Virus record (IMG/VR): IMGVR_UViG_3300031998_000020
DNA: 64,000 nt
Source of the DNA: a virus
Taxonomy: Duplodnaviria > Heunggongvirae > Uroviricota > Caudoviricetes
Strand: one strand, 5' to 3'
The position numbers and the translations under genes are program-made. Positions 27,360 to 36,086 of this stretch are shown here, piece by piece; within the stretch, counting starts at the first letter, position 1; each line of letters begins with the position of its first letter. The notes beneath the pieces were generated by a model. The model worked only from the letters and a program-made list of their open reading frames with translations, did not search any database and had not been told where the DNA came from.

Positions 27360-27932
27360 TTAGAACTTGTGCTGTACAATAACATCAACAGCCTCTTCCA
27401 GTGACTTTACTCGTAAGATGTTAAGACTTTTGTCATCGATATACCTATTGTATGGCGTATCAACCATTATTTTCTTGGAATGGTCTGATTCATTGAGAAT
27501 GAATTCTGGGTTGTCATCAATCAGATAGTCACCATGAACCATCCATTTATCTTTCGTAAAGCAAATATCATCATAATAAAGGTGATGACGGTCAAAGAAA
27601 TCCAATGTGAACTCCTTGTTCTGTTTGTTGAATTGCCAGGTTACGATAACAACCTTGTAACCTTTCTTATGGAGAAGGTCAAGAGCTTGTTTAACGCCAT
27701 CGAAAGGCTTAGAAATACACCTAAAAACACCATCTGCATGGTCTTCAAAAAAGAACTGCCATGGTGTACAATTCAACTGTTCCTTGACCTTGGGGAATGA
27801 CTTGTTAATGTCATAGTCGGTGATTGATTCAGGGCTGATATGTTCCTTGAACTGCCATTGATAGATTTGGCACATTCCACCTATCATGTCCCTTATGACA
27901 CCATCCACATCTACTTTAACTATTTTACTCAT
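27360..27932 (-). CDS. 5'(3')-deoxyribonucleotidase-like HAD hydrolase (NT5C family).
   Basis: VKVDVDGVIRDMIGGM (HAD motif I DxDGV), GVKQALDLL and YLIDDNP align with NT5C-family motifs. Confidence 0.7.
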   Translation of the reverse strand: MSKIVKVDVDGVIRDMIGGMCQIYQWQFKEHISPESITDYDINKSFPKVKEQLNCTPWQFFFEDHADGVFRCISKPFDGVKQALDLLHKKGYKVVIVTWQFNKQNKEFTLDFFDRHHLYYDDICFTKDKWMVHGDYLIDDNPEFILNESDHSKKIMVDTPYNRYIDDKSLNILRVKSLEEAVDVIVQHKF

Positions 27933-28191
27933 AAGATTCTATATTATGCTTTTGACTTCTTTCTTTTTTATGGGAAAGTTTCTTTTTGGCTGCCTCCCAT
28001 TTTCTGGCTCCCTTGGTTAACATATTTCCGCTACCAATCTTTGCCTTAATCATTTTCTTAACATTGAACTCACTTGGATTACCAGGAGTCCAAAAATCGG
28101 CATAGCCCTCTTTGGCTCTCATTTCCTTGAGATAATCGACCAAGTTCTGTCTCAGCTTTTTCTTTTGGTAGAATTTCTGATTTCTTTGCAT
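27925..28191 (-). CDS. Small basic protein.
   Basis: Lys/Arg-rich ORF downstream of a minus-strand promoter motif. Confidence 0.45.
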   Translation of the reverse strand: MQRNQKFYQKKKLRQNLVDYLKEMRAKEGYADFWTPGNPSEFNVKKMIKAKIGSGNMLTKGARKWEAAKKKLSHKKERSQKHNIESYE

Positions 28192-28207
28192 GATTCTTTA
28201 TTTTTGT

Positions 28208-28250
28208 AGTGCAAAGATACTAAAAAAGAATTTAACAGGCAAAAAAATTA
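28208..28250 (-). promoter_or_regulatory. Putative minus-strand promoter (TTTG - 20 nt - TATCTTTG on the reverse complement).
   Basis: Reverse complement reads ...ttttTTGcctgttaaattcttttttagTAtcTTTGcactac. Confidence 0.45.
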
Positions 28251-28257
28251 TGTTAAT

Positions 28258-28303
28258 TTTTATTAATTAATTTGGTAGATTAAAATATTATCATTACTTT
28301 TGC
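28258..28303 (+). promoter_or_regulatory. Bacteroidota-type promoter (TTTG 28271; TACTTTTG 28295).
   Basis: ttaattaatttggtag ... TActTTTG. Confidence 0.55.
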
Positions 28304-28349
28304 AAACGGAAAGTTAAATCAAACAAACAAAATGTTTAATTAAAAGTTA

Positions 28350-28829
28350 ATGACTATGTCACAAAAAATAGACTATTTTTGCTACGGCACAGAGACAGGA
28401 GAAGGGGTAATTGCAGCCCTTAAGGACAAGGGTGCCCAAAACTTCGAATGTCATAAAGGCAAAGATTCAACAACTGGCCCAGTAATATACTATACCGAAT
28501 ATTTCGGGGAGACAGGTATGTGCATTAAGTGTTTGAGGGCGGTAGACAATCAACAACTCTTTGGGATAATAACCAAATATTACACCAAGCTTGAGCCCGT
28601 CCCTACACCTTCTTACAGAGTACCCCGTGGTGACCACTATTATTTTTTAAGTGGCTCATTCACTAAGATTCGCATCGTCGAAGACGTAGACCTAAGAACG
28701 GAGAATGATGATTTTCGTGCTCAAACAGGTAATTATTTTTATTCACAAGAAGAAGGCTTGAAGGCTAAAGAAGCTATTGGTCAAATATTTGCACAGAATA
28801 TAGCAAAGTTAATAAATTATGGAAAATAA
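28350..28829 (+). CDS. Hypothetical protein with a C-terminal GNYF module.
   Basis: Paralog of 28819..29325 (CYGTETGEGVIAAL / CWATLTGENVIHQL; GNYFYSQEEGLKAKEAIGQIF / GNYFATKEEAVECQKRIIDIF). Confidence 0.55.
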   Translation: MTMSQKIDYFCYGTETGEGVIAALKDKGAQNFECHKGKDSTTGPVIYYTEYFGETGMCIKCLRAVDNQQLFGIITKYYTKLEPVPTPSYRVPRGDHYYFLSGSFTKIRIVEDVDLRTENDDFRAQTGNYFYSQEEGLKAKEAIGQIFAQNIAKLINYGK

Positions 28830-29325
28830 GAAGAAAAATAAATTCGGTTATAACCCAGTCTATTGTTGGGCCACCTTAACAGGTGAGAATGTCATACATC
28901 AGCTTGAATTGTGTGGAGGAAAGAATGTTTGGCTTTATGACGGTAAACCAATACGGGTTGATGGCGAATGCCAGAGGACTCTCTACTACCTATTACCAGA
29001 CGGTACTATTGAATGCTTAACCAATGAATCCCAAGATGAGCCTAAGTACCAAATGATTATGGCTTTGTACACAGAAGTCCAGCCAAAAATAGCACGTTGG
29101 AGAGCAAAAATGTATGAGGAATATTACACAATTGCCATGGATTCGGAAAAATGTAAAATTAAGGTTGTGTGTATCAGGGATGAATATAAAGATTTCGATG
29201 ACAAACAGTACAAGTTTGGTAACTACTTTGCAACTAAGGAAGAGGCTGTTGAATGTCAAAAACGCATCATTGACATATTCACTCAACATGTTGTCAAAGA
29301 AGCACGAAAAGCCAAAGGCAAATAG
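28819..29325 (+). CDS. Hypothetical protein with a C-terminal GNYF module (paralog).
   Basis: See the 28350 gene. Confidence 0.55.
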   Translation: MENKKKNKFGYNPVYCWATLTGENVIHQLELCGGKNVWLYDGKPIRVDGECQRTLYYLLPDGTIECLTNESQDEPKYQMIMALYTEVQPKIARWRAKMYEEYYTIAMDSEKCKIKVVCIRDEYKDFDDKQYKFGNYFATKEEAVECQKRIIDIFTQHVVKEARKAKGK

Positions 29326-29344
29326 AAACATATAATTTCAAAAT

Positions 29345-30427
29345 ATGACAAAGAAAAAATACGAATTAACGGGTGAAGTCCTGAAACATGCTGGTCGTGT
29401 ACTTTATAGAATTAAGGCCGTGTCAAGTTTTGGTGATGTCAAAGAAGGGGACCTTGGCGGTTGGGTAGAGTCGGAAGACAATCTATCCCAAGAGGGCAAA
29501 TGCTGGCTCTATGGCGAATCCAAAGCCTATGAAAGGGCAATGGTTAGTGGTGATGCTGCCTTGTTTGGTGAAGCTGAGGTTTATAATCTTGCACAAGTAA
29601 ATGACCAGGCACGAGTTTTTGACAATGCAAAGGTCTATGGCTGCTCAAAGGTCTATGAAAATGCAAAAATTTGTGACTTTGCGGAGATATGTGACTATGC
29701 TCGTATATCTGGCGATGCAATGATTAGTGGTCATGCCAAAGTTTACCATTGGGCTCAGGTTTGGGAAAACGCACATGTTTATGGGGATGCCTCTGTTTAT
29801 GACGAGGCACGTGTACGAGGAGATGCAAGGATTTTTGGAAAGGCGAAAATTCATGAACATGCGTTTATATACGGCCAGGCAAATGTATATGGAGAGGCTG
29901 AGGTTTTAGGTTGTGCACAGGCGTTTGAAAATGCAGATGTATATGATAATGCACTGCTTGATAATGATGCCAAGGTCTATGGGAATGCAAAAATACGTGG
30001 TGAGAGCCGTATCTATGGGAAGGCTCGAATTGATGGTGATGCAGATGTTTGTGACAGTAATGTTTATGGACATGCATGCATAACCGACCATGCAGTCATT
30101 ATAGATTCCACAATTTATTTTTCTGTCAACATTAGTGGCCATGCACATATCACGAAAGCTGTTGTTCAAAGAGATTCCGATTATATGGTATTCCGTAATT
30201 CATGGAGTAGTGGAAGGTGGTTTACATGGACAAGAAGCAACAATATGTGGAATGTCGGCTGTTTCTTTGGTACTGGCAAGGAGTTAATAAAAAAGGCATA
30301 CAGGGATAACGCTCTTAAAGGACAGTGTTATGAGTCAGTTGTCAAGCTTGTTGACAAAATTGACTACCTGCAAAAGCCAAACAAGACCTGGTATGACCGT
30401 TTAATGTATTTTATAAGAAAATTATGA
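29345..30427 (+). CDS. Hexapeptide-repeat (left-handed beta-helix) protein, paralog 3 (longest).
   Basis: Same N-terminal and C-terminal modules as the 2394 gene, with about 35 hexads. Confidence 0.8.
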   Translation: MTKKKYELTGEVLKHAGRVLYRIKAVSSFGDVKEGDLGGWVESEDNLSQEGKCWLYGESKAYERAMVSGDAALFGEAEVYNLAQVNDQARVFDNAKVYGCSKVYENAKICDFAEICDYARISGDAMISGHAKVYHWAQVWENAHVYGDASVYDEARVRGDARIFGKAKIHEHAFIYGQANVYGEAEVLGCAQAFENADVYDNALLDNDAKVYGNAKIRGESRIYGKARIDGDADVCDSNVYGHACITDHAVIIDSTIYFSVNISGHAHITKAVVQRDSDYMVFRNSWSSGRWFTWTRSNNMWNVGCFFGTGKELIKKAYRDNALKGQCYESVVKLVDKIDYLQKPNKTWYDRLMYFIRKL

Positions 30428-30627
30428 AATCAGAAGCTATGCTAGGGACAATATTTGATGGCTTGGTAGTATTGGACCATTCTGAATCTCCATGTCCTAA
30501 TAGCGAAGACGTGCCAGAGATTAACCTTGCTCCAGCCAATCCAGAGAGTGTTGTGAGATTTTGGTTTGGTGGGATGCCTTCGGGTTATGATTGGATTCCA
30601 GATAAAAATCAAGGGGATAACAATTAG
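30424..30627 (+). CDS. Small hypothetical protein.
   Basis: ORF overlapping the upstream stop. Confidence 0.35.
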   Translation: MKSEAMLGTIFDGLVVLDHSESPCPNSEDVPEINLAPANPESVVRFWFGGMPSGYDWIPDKNQGDNN

Positions 30628-30642
30628 TTATCCTCTTTTTTG
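30613..30642 (+). terminator. Intrinsic terminator (GGGGATAAC...GTTATCCTC plus T6).
   Basis: Inverted repeat followed by a T-run. Confidence 0.65.
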
Positions 30643-30647
30643 TTAAA

Positions 30648-30695
30648 GAGTGTTAACAAATTTGGTGATACCAAATAAAATTTGTATCTTTGCAA
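30648..30695 (+). promoter_or_regulatory. Bacteroidota-type promoter (TTTG 30661; TATCTTTG 30685).
   Basis: gtgttaacaaatttggtga ... TAtcTTTG. Confidence 0.65.
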
Positions 30696-30730
30696 TCGAA
30701 AAATTAAAACAATTGACAAACAATACAGTT

Positions 30731-31231
30731 ATGTGTTTATACAAAGATAAAATAGTCAGTAATGGATGGTGGTATACAGAAATCCCTTCGGGGGATTATA
30801 TCACTTCCTACAAGGTATTGATAATTAACAAGAGGGATGGGGCACTCTTACCACCATACCAGAATAATGGTTTTCATTATAGAAAAGGAGAGCTTGCCAC
30901 CAGTCAAGTGGGGTTCACTGATTATTCCTGTCTGACTCGAAGATATGACATGGTGGGGGCAGGTTTACACTCTTACGAGAACAAAAAAGATGCTTACCAT
31001 CTCATGAGATTCTTAAGTAGAATGAATAAAGATGTACGCTACGGTGTATTCAAATGTAAAATACCTCACACTAAGACCTTCTTTAGAGGAAGATGTGGTG
31101 GGGGTAGCAATGACCCGATTGGCTATGTTTCAGACAAATTAATCGTAGTTAAGCAAGACAAGTGCTGGCTTTATGAGATTAAGAGAATTTATCAATCACT
31201 TAGAAAGTTCTTCAAAGAAGAAGAGATATAA
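30731..31231 (+). CDS. Met-Cys-start family, member E (start moved to MCLYKDK).
   Basis: The ATG at 30731 follows the promoter; MC..., YKVL, GAGLHSY, CKIPHTKTFFRG. Confidence 0.65.
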   Translation: MCLYKDKIVSNGWWYTEIPSGDYITSYKVLIINKRDGALLPPYQNNGFHYRKGELATSQVGFTDYSCLTRRYDMVGAGLHSYENKKDAYHLMRFLSRMNKDVRYGVFKCKIPHTKTFFRGRCGGGSNDPIGYVSDKLIVVKQDKCWLYEIKRIYQSLRKFFKEEEI

Positions 31232-31350
31232 AGGTTAAGCGCAGAGTCAGCGAATTCTGGGGCTATATCGAGAGTATTAAAAAATACAAGATTGATGAGT
31301 TTCACCATTGGATTAATAGAATTGATAAGTCTTGTTAAAAATACAATATT

Positions 31351-31548
31351 ATGGATAAACTTTCATACGAAATAGCAGTGAACGTTCTTGGCAAGTCGTA
31401 TCGGATTTGCAACAAGAAATATAGTGGTGCATCTATATGTGATGTTTGCGACCTTTCGGGTGTGTGTAACGAGCATATGTGGGAAGGCCAGGCTCCATGT
31501 AGACGTTTGAATCTTCATGGCGATGAACGCTTTGTTGAAGTAAAGTAG
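31351..31548 (+). CDS. Small Cys-rich protein.
   Basis: ORF; CDVCDLSGVCNEH...C. Confidence 0.4.
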   Translation: MDKLSYEIAVNVLGKSYRICNKKYSGASICDVCDLSGVCNEHMWEGQAPCRRLNLHGDERFVEVK

Positions 31549-31658
31549 TATGAGAACTTGCGATGATTGTAAATTTGCCATCTGGGATTACAGGGTCTTC
31601 TGTGACTACACGACTCCGAACTATACAAAGAAATAAAACCAATTAAATCAGAATAAAA

Positions 31659-31985
31659 ATGGAAATACAGGTAACAAGAACAACAAAGTACGATGTTGGT
31701 GATGTCGTATTTTACATGCATGAGAACAGTGTTAAGCAGGGAGTGGTATTGAAAGTTATATACAAGAAAGAATATAACTCACTATACCTGGACGATGAGG
31801 ATACATGTTTTCTATCAGCATTAGCGACGAAAAAAGCATATCAAACGCCTGATGAGAAAGTGGAATACGTTGTTTCCATGTGCGTAAACACAGGTGGTAA
31901 TGTGATATATCGCAGACAAAATCTGACAACATTATCTGAATCTCAGGTATTCAGCACTAAAGAAGACCTTTTGAAATCACTTTAA
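31659..31985 (+). CDS. Hypothetical protein.
   Basis: ORF. Confidence 0.45.
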   Translation: MEIQVTRTTKYDVGDVVFYMHENSVKQGVVLKVIYKKEYNSLYLDDEDTCFLSALATKKAYQTPDEKVEYVVSMCVNTGGNVIYRRQNLTTLSESQVFSTKEDLLKSL

Positions 31986-31997
31986 TCTTTTAATCAG

Positions 31998-32258
31998 ATG
32001 GATATATTAGAGTATAAGGCTGTTGAAAGAGTGAATGAGCTCTTGGCAGGTGAAATCATGTTTTTGGAGAATACCGAAGTGGTGGTTCTTTCAGATGCAG
32101 AGAGATGCTATATTCAAGGCTATAAGGATGCCATAGAAAAAGCTTGTAAAGCGATAAAACAAGAACTGCATGATACTAATGCCTTCGTGGAGTCATTGAA
32201 CCCCACAAAGCGCATAGAGGAAGTAGTGGAAGGTGTCCGTCACGAATTGGAGGGATAG
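31998..32258 (+). CDS. Hypothetical protein.
   Basis: ORF. Confidence 0.45.
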   Translation: MDILEYKAVERVNELLAGEIMFLENTEVVVLSDAERCYIQGYKDAIEKACKAIKQELHDTNAFVESLNPTKRIEEVVEGVRHELEG

Positions 32259-32403
32259 ACTATGGATGGTTTAACATTAGACACCATTCTGGATTATCTA
32301 TTAATAATCTGTGGTGTCCTTGGATTTGGGGCTATTGGCATATTCAACATATTGCTATGCATCTATCTTTACAAGGACACAATTAAAACAAACAAAATTA
32401 GCT

Positions 32404-32970
32404 ATGAAAGCAAAGGTTAAAGAAACAGGTGAGGTTGTTGAAGTGAAATGTACTCGCACTGCAATGTATTCAACAGTGGATATGTCTGGCGAGGGTGACA
32501 CTCAGAACTACGAAGAGACCGAACTTGAATTCATTGGGGAGGATTCGCACAGAAACGATATCACTCTTGCCAATGCCTATGATACCATTGAGAAGTTAAG
32601 GAATGAGCAAGCATTGGATGCCATGTACTTAGACAGTGTGAGGGATGATTGTAAGTTCTACAAAGCTCTGTTTAACTACCTCATTAATGATGCTGTCGGA
32701 GATAAACTGTCTGTAATAGAAACTCTTGAAAAGAATTGGTACAATCGGTTAGAAGGTAACGTCCAAGTTACCAAGTCTCTAAACGATAAACAAGAACTGA
32801 TTCTCGAATTCGCCGATAGTAAAGGTGACAAGTATAAAGCAAAATGGATGCCATCTGAGGGGTATGCTTCTTATCAGACTTGTGTTTGTGCAGAGGACGA
32901 TTATAGTGGTTATCTGCTATTCCCGACATATAAGGACAATGAATACTTCTGTGTGTATTATCAATGTTAA
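32404..32970 (+). CDS. Hypothetical protein, MKA(K/R)VKETGE family.
   Basis: Start aligned with its paralog at 32991 (MKAKVKETGEVVEVKC vs MKARVKETGEIIDVQC). Confidence 0.55.
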   Translation: MKAKVKETGEVVEVKCTRTAMYSTVDMSGEGDTQNYEETELEFIGEDSHRNDITLANAYDTIEKLRNEQALDAMYLDSVRDDCKFYKALFNYLINDAVGDKLSVIETLEKNWYNRLEGNVQVTKSLNDKQELILEFADSKGDKYKAKWMPSEGYASYQTCVCAEDDYSGYLLFPTYKDNEYFCVYYQC

Positions 32971-32990
32971 ACCATCAAAGATTATTAATT

Positions 32991-33260
32991 ATGAAAGCAA
33001 GAGTCAAAGAAACAGGTGAGATAATTGATGTACAGTGTTTGTACTCTGTAAGGTATTCCAGATTGGATGCCAATCATAAGATAATTGAAGAGTACGACGA
33101 GGATGAGCTTGAACTTCTCCCAATCGAACCAAAGAAGAAGATGGTCTCTCTTGACAAGGTATGTGAGTACTGGGAGCCAAGATTGACAGATTTGGCAGGT
33201 TACAATATGAGTGGGGAAATGTTAGCGAATTTTCGTAAGGACATGGAGGAAGAGGCATGA
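32991..33260 (+). CDS. Hypothetical protein, MKA(K/R)VKETGE family (short paralog).
   Basis: See the 32404 gene. Confidence 0.55.
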   Translation: MKARVKETGEIIDVQCLYSVRYSRLDANHKIIEEYDEDELELLPIEPKKKMVSLDKVCEYWEPRLTDLAGYNMSGEMLANFRKDMEEEA

Positions 33261-33586
33261 AGATAACTATCCCTACCTTAACAGATACAACAGTAAAACT
33301 GTTTGTAGATGGAAAATATGTTGGCGATGTCACTTCGGAACAATTCAATAAAATTAGAATTGACGTTGTACAATACATTGTTGATACTAGTGATACGTCT
33401 GTTCTTGACACGTTTTATGTGATTGGTCATAAAGATACCAATACAGAGATGGGTGAGGAAATTAAAATCACTATGGATGAATTTGGAAATCTTTCTGATT
33501 TGCCTTGGGAGATGGCTCATGTAAGAAGAGATATGTTCAAACTCATACAACTTGGCAAACAATTAAGACCGTCAACATTCAAATAA
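33257..33586 (+). CDS. Hypothetical protein, paralog of 51110..51424.
   Basis: KLFVDGKYVGDV...DTFYVIGHKDT vs KLYVNGQYKGEI...DTFYFVGHEDS. Confidence 0.55.
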   Translation: MKITIPTLTDTTVKLFVDGKYVGDVTSEQFNKIRIDVVQYIVDTSDTSVLDTFYVIGHKDTNTEMGEEIKITMDEFGNLSDLPWEMAHVRRDMFKLIQLGKQLRPSTFK

Positions 33587-33615
33587 ATCACTATGGCAGC
33601 AGCATAATGCATATA

Positions 33616-33653
33616 AAAGAATCTTTTCATCTAACAGGATGAGAAGATTTTTT
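33616..33653 (+). terminator. Intrinsic terminator, second copy of the conserved terminator-promoter module.
   Basis: GAATCTTTTCATC...GATGAGAAGATT plus T-run. Confidence 0.65.
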
Positions 33654-33659
33654 GTTAAT

Positions 33660-33706
33660 AATAGTTAATATATTTGGTAATATTGAATATTTGTTATATC
33701 TTTGCA
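33660..33706 (+). promoter_or_regulatory. Bacteroidota-type promoter (TTTG 33673; TATCTTTG 33697); likely drives the 11-kb operon 33732-44672.
   Basis: agttaatatatttggtaat ... TAtcTTTG. Confidence 0.65.
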
Positions 33707-33731
33707 TCAGAAATTCAAAAGAAACAAAAAT

Positions 33732-34151
33732 ATGGGAATAGAAATCACAAGCATTGAACAAAGCAGAAAACTGCTTGAAATGGGCATTTCGCCTGACACG
33801 GCAGATGTGTGGTATGATATCGTAACACCTGTGCCAAAAGCAGATTCAGATAGGCTATTGGACACTAAGCCTTATTGGGATATCTGTGTCAAAAAGCCAG
33901 CCCGTGTAAATACGGAGTCAGAAAGCCATGAAATCCTACCTGCCTGGAGTGTGGGAGGGTTGTTGAAATTGCTTGTCTATGATTTCAATAAGACAACAAA
34001 CATTGAAATCACCATGGAGAAAGATGGAAGTGGTTTTTTGGATGGGACAATAAGAGATGCCTGGGATGGTGAATTCTATAATAACCATGAATGCAAGTCA
34101 TTGATTGACTTGGCAGTGGAATTGGTTCTACACAGAGAAAGGAGGTACTAA
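33732..34151 (+). CDS. SKKLAEIL-family protein (divergent member).
   Basis: SIEQSRKLLEMGISPDTADVWYD...PAWSVGGLLKLL parallels TQSKKLAEILPLESADMYYRD...PCWSLAALLE. Confidence 0.5.
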   Translation: MGIEITSIEQSRKLLEMGISPDTADVWYDIVTPVPKADSDRLLDTKPYWDICVKKPARVNTESESHEILPAWSVGGLLKLLVYDFNKTTNIEITMEKDGSGFLDGTIRDAWDGEFYNNHECKSLIDLAVELVLHRERRY

Positions 34152-34324
34152 TGGAGAATATGGTCACTATATCCGAAGAGAGGTATAAACAGTTGCTGGC
34201 AATTGAGGAGGCTTACCTCGGTAAACGAAACGACATCCCTCAAATAGGTGAGGTTTCACAACCTTATATAGACACCGAAAACTATCGTTTAAAAGAACCC
34301 CCAAAACCTTGGGTTTGGGGATAA
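34151..34324 (+). CDS. Small hypothetical protein (57 aa).
   Basis: TAATG overlap with the upstream stop. Confidence 0.3.
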   Translation: MENMVTISEERYKQLLAIEEAYLGKRNDIPQIGEVSQPYIDTENYRLKEPPKPWVWG

Positions 34325-34340
34325 TAAAAAACAAAGACAC

Positions 34341-34724
34341 ATGAAAAGAAAAGAAGAAATATTACAAGCAGCAGAAAAAAGCGTATTGGGCTATCATCCT
34401 GCTATACAGAAGATGTGTACCGAATGTTTTATAGAAGGTGCCGAGTGGTCTGATGCTAATCCAGATAAAAAACACGTCTATACCAAGCGTGAACTGATGG
34501 ACATGAAATTCGCCTTCACTCTTAACGGTGACATCGTAACCCCAGAAGAGATGAGGAAGGACTTGCATCTCCTGATTAAGCATGAGAAAGAACAACAGCT
34601 TAAAAAGGTTATGAAATTGTTGGAAAACATTGCCTTTAAATATGTTGAAACATATGGCAGTGAATATGAAGGCTATGATACGCAAGGCTTGTTAGAAGAG
34701 CTCAAAAAAGGATTGGAGGAATAG
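34341..34724 (+). CDS. Hypothetical protein, AEW(A/S)D family relative.
   Basis: KEEILQAAEKS...FIEGAEWSDANPDKK resembles TEEIIKAADEAS...FIQGAEWADKTM. Confidence 0.5.
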   Translation: MKRKEEILQAAEKSVLGYHPAIQKMCTECFIEGAEWSDANPDKKHVYTKRELMDMKFAFTLNGDIVTPEEMRKDLHLLIKHEKEQQLKKVMKLLENIAFKYVETYGSEYEGYDTQGLLEELKKGLEE

Positions 34725-34726
34725 AT

Positions 34727-35044
34727 ATGGCGCAGAAAACACAAGAAGAATTGAAAAAGGAACTTGAGGCACTATATCCCAATATGACTAAGAGAGTAGT
34801 CTATACAAGCGAAAAAACGGTTGTTGACAATGTAGGTAGCGTACAATATTTTGAAATCACCCAAATACCTTATAGGGTTAAAGGAATGAGAGATTTCAAA
34901 TTTAGGAACTACACGGAATTTCCTAATGGTATAAGAAATGAACGCATAGGGGATATTACTATCCTTCAACTAAGAAATCTATTGGGGCTACTAAAGAAAA
35001 TGGAAGCTGATGGTTTTTTGGATGAAGTTTATGTAAAAGAATAG
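34727..35044 (+). CDS. Hypothetical protein.
   Basis: ORF with a GGAGGAATAG junction upstream. Confidence 0.45.
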   Translation: MAQKTQEELKKELEALYPNMTKRVVYTSEKTVVDNVGSVQYFEITQIPYRVKGMRDFKFRNYTEFPNGIRNERIGDITILQLRNLLGLLKKMEADGFLDEVYVKE

Positions 35045-35046
35045 GA

Positions 35047-35514
35047 ATGAATATGATTAAAGCAGCAGAACTTCAAATAGGCGATTGGGTAGTGTATAAC
35101 GGCAATAAGTACCAAGTTACTTATCTATACTGCCGTCCTCTACCTGATGGTACTCTCCCTGCCAACGAGGTGGGATTTACCCATAAAGAAGATTTTTGGG
35201 TTAACGGAGGAAGTGTAGAACCGATTCCTCTTACAGAGGATATATTAAAGCTGAATGGTTTTGTACTCGACGATGGCAACTATTATTGTTGTATCAATGG
35301 TGATGATTTTTGGGTGAGACTTCCAAAAGAGAACACCTTGTATCCTTATGTCGATATTACGTACTATTCTCTATTTTACATGCCAGAAGATGTAACAGAG
35401 GTATCTCACTCGAATGAGTTGCATTTCCCCCGAATGGCATACGTTCATCAACTCCAACAAGTGTTGCGAATTTGTGGTTTGGGTGATTTTGCAAATAACC
35501 TCAAAATACAATAA
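35047..35514 (+). CDS. GDWV/HELQHALR-family protein.
   Basis: ELQIGDWVVYNGN...EPIPLTEDILKLNGF...VHQLQQVLRICGLGDFANNLKIQ. Confidence 0.7.
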   Translation: MNMIKAAELQIGDWVVYNGNKYQVTYLYCRPLPDGTLPANEVGFTHKEDFWVNGGSVEPIPLTEDILKLNGFVLDDGNYYCCINGDDFWVRLPKENTLYPYVDITYYSLFYMPEDVTEVSHSNELHFPRMAYVHQLQQVLRICGLGDFANNLKIQ

Positions 35515-35518
35515 AATT

Positions 35519-35674
35519 ATGAATCAGTCAAATATGAATTTTAGGCAGCAGGTAGAATGCCTTAAGGAACGTTTACATGATATCTTAGATGGTGAAATGG
35601 GCCATTGGGATATTGATTGTGGAGTCTTTGAGACCGCTTTACGAGAGTTTGCCGATGAATTAGAAATCGAATAG
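35519..35674 (+). CDS. Small hypothetical protein (51 aa).
   Basis: First ATG; the upstream part of the track ORF overlaps the preceding gene. Confidence 0.35.
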   Translation: MNQSNMNFRQQVECLKERLHDILDGEMGHWDIDCGVFETALREFADELEIE

Positions 35675-35676
35675 GC

Positions 35677-35868
35677 ATGGATAAGAAACATCGTATCAAT
35701 AGTACATGGGAGGATATTGGCTTGCGTGAAGCGATAATCAACAAATTGAACGTCATTCACGAAGTCAGGCACCAATTCAACGGAATTGATTCTATTTCTC
35801 AGATAGAGGAAATGCTTTGGGGTAATCTGCATGAAGTTGAAAACAGAATAATAGAAAACATAAAATAA
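35677..35868 (+). CDS. Hypothetical small protein.
   Basis: ORF. Confidence 0.4.
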   Translation: MDKKHRINSTWEDIGLREAIINKLNVIHEVRHQFNGIDSISQIEEMLWGNLHEVENRIIENIK

Positions 35869-35869
35869 T

Positions 35870-36070
35870 ATGGCAAAGATTAAGCAATGCCCAGATAGTG
35901 ATTTATGGACCCCTCAGTGCAGAACATGCATTGATTGGTACGACTGTTATCGAGATGACGGTCCCAATCCAGAAGCAACGTCGTTTTGTCTTCGTAGTGA
36001 TTGTGAGCATATACGCCACAAGCATTCTCTGGGTGAGGATGTTACATGCCGTTGGTTTATGGAACTTTAA
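35870..36070 (+). CDS. Small Cys-rich protein (putative Zn-binding).
   Basis: CPDSDLWTPQCRTCIDWYDC...CLRSDCEH...C. Confidence 0.45.
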   Translation: MAKIKQCPDSDLWTPQCRTCIDWYDCYRDDGPNPEATSFCLRSDCEHIRHKHSLGEDVTCRWFMEL

Positions 36071-36086
36071 TTGCAACAAGTAAAAT

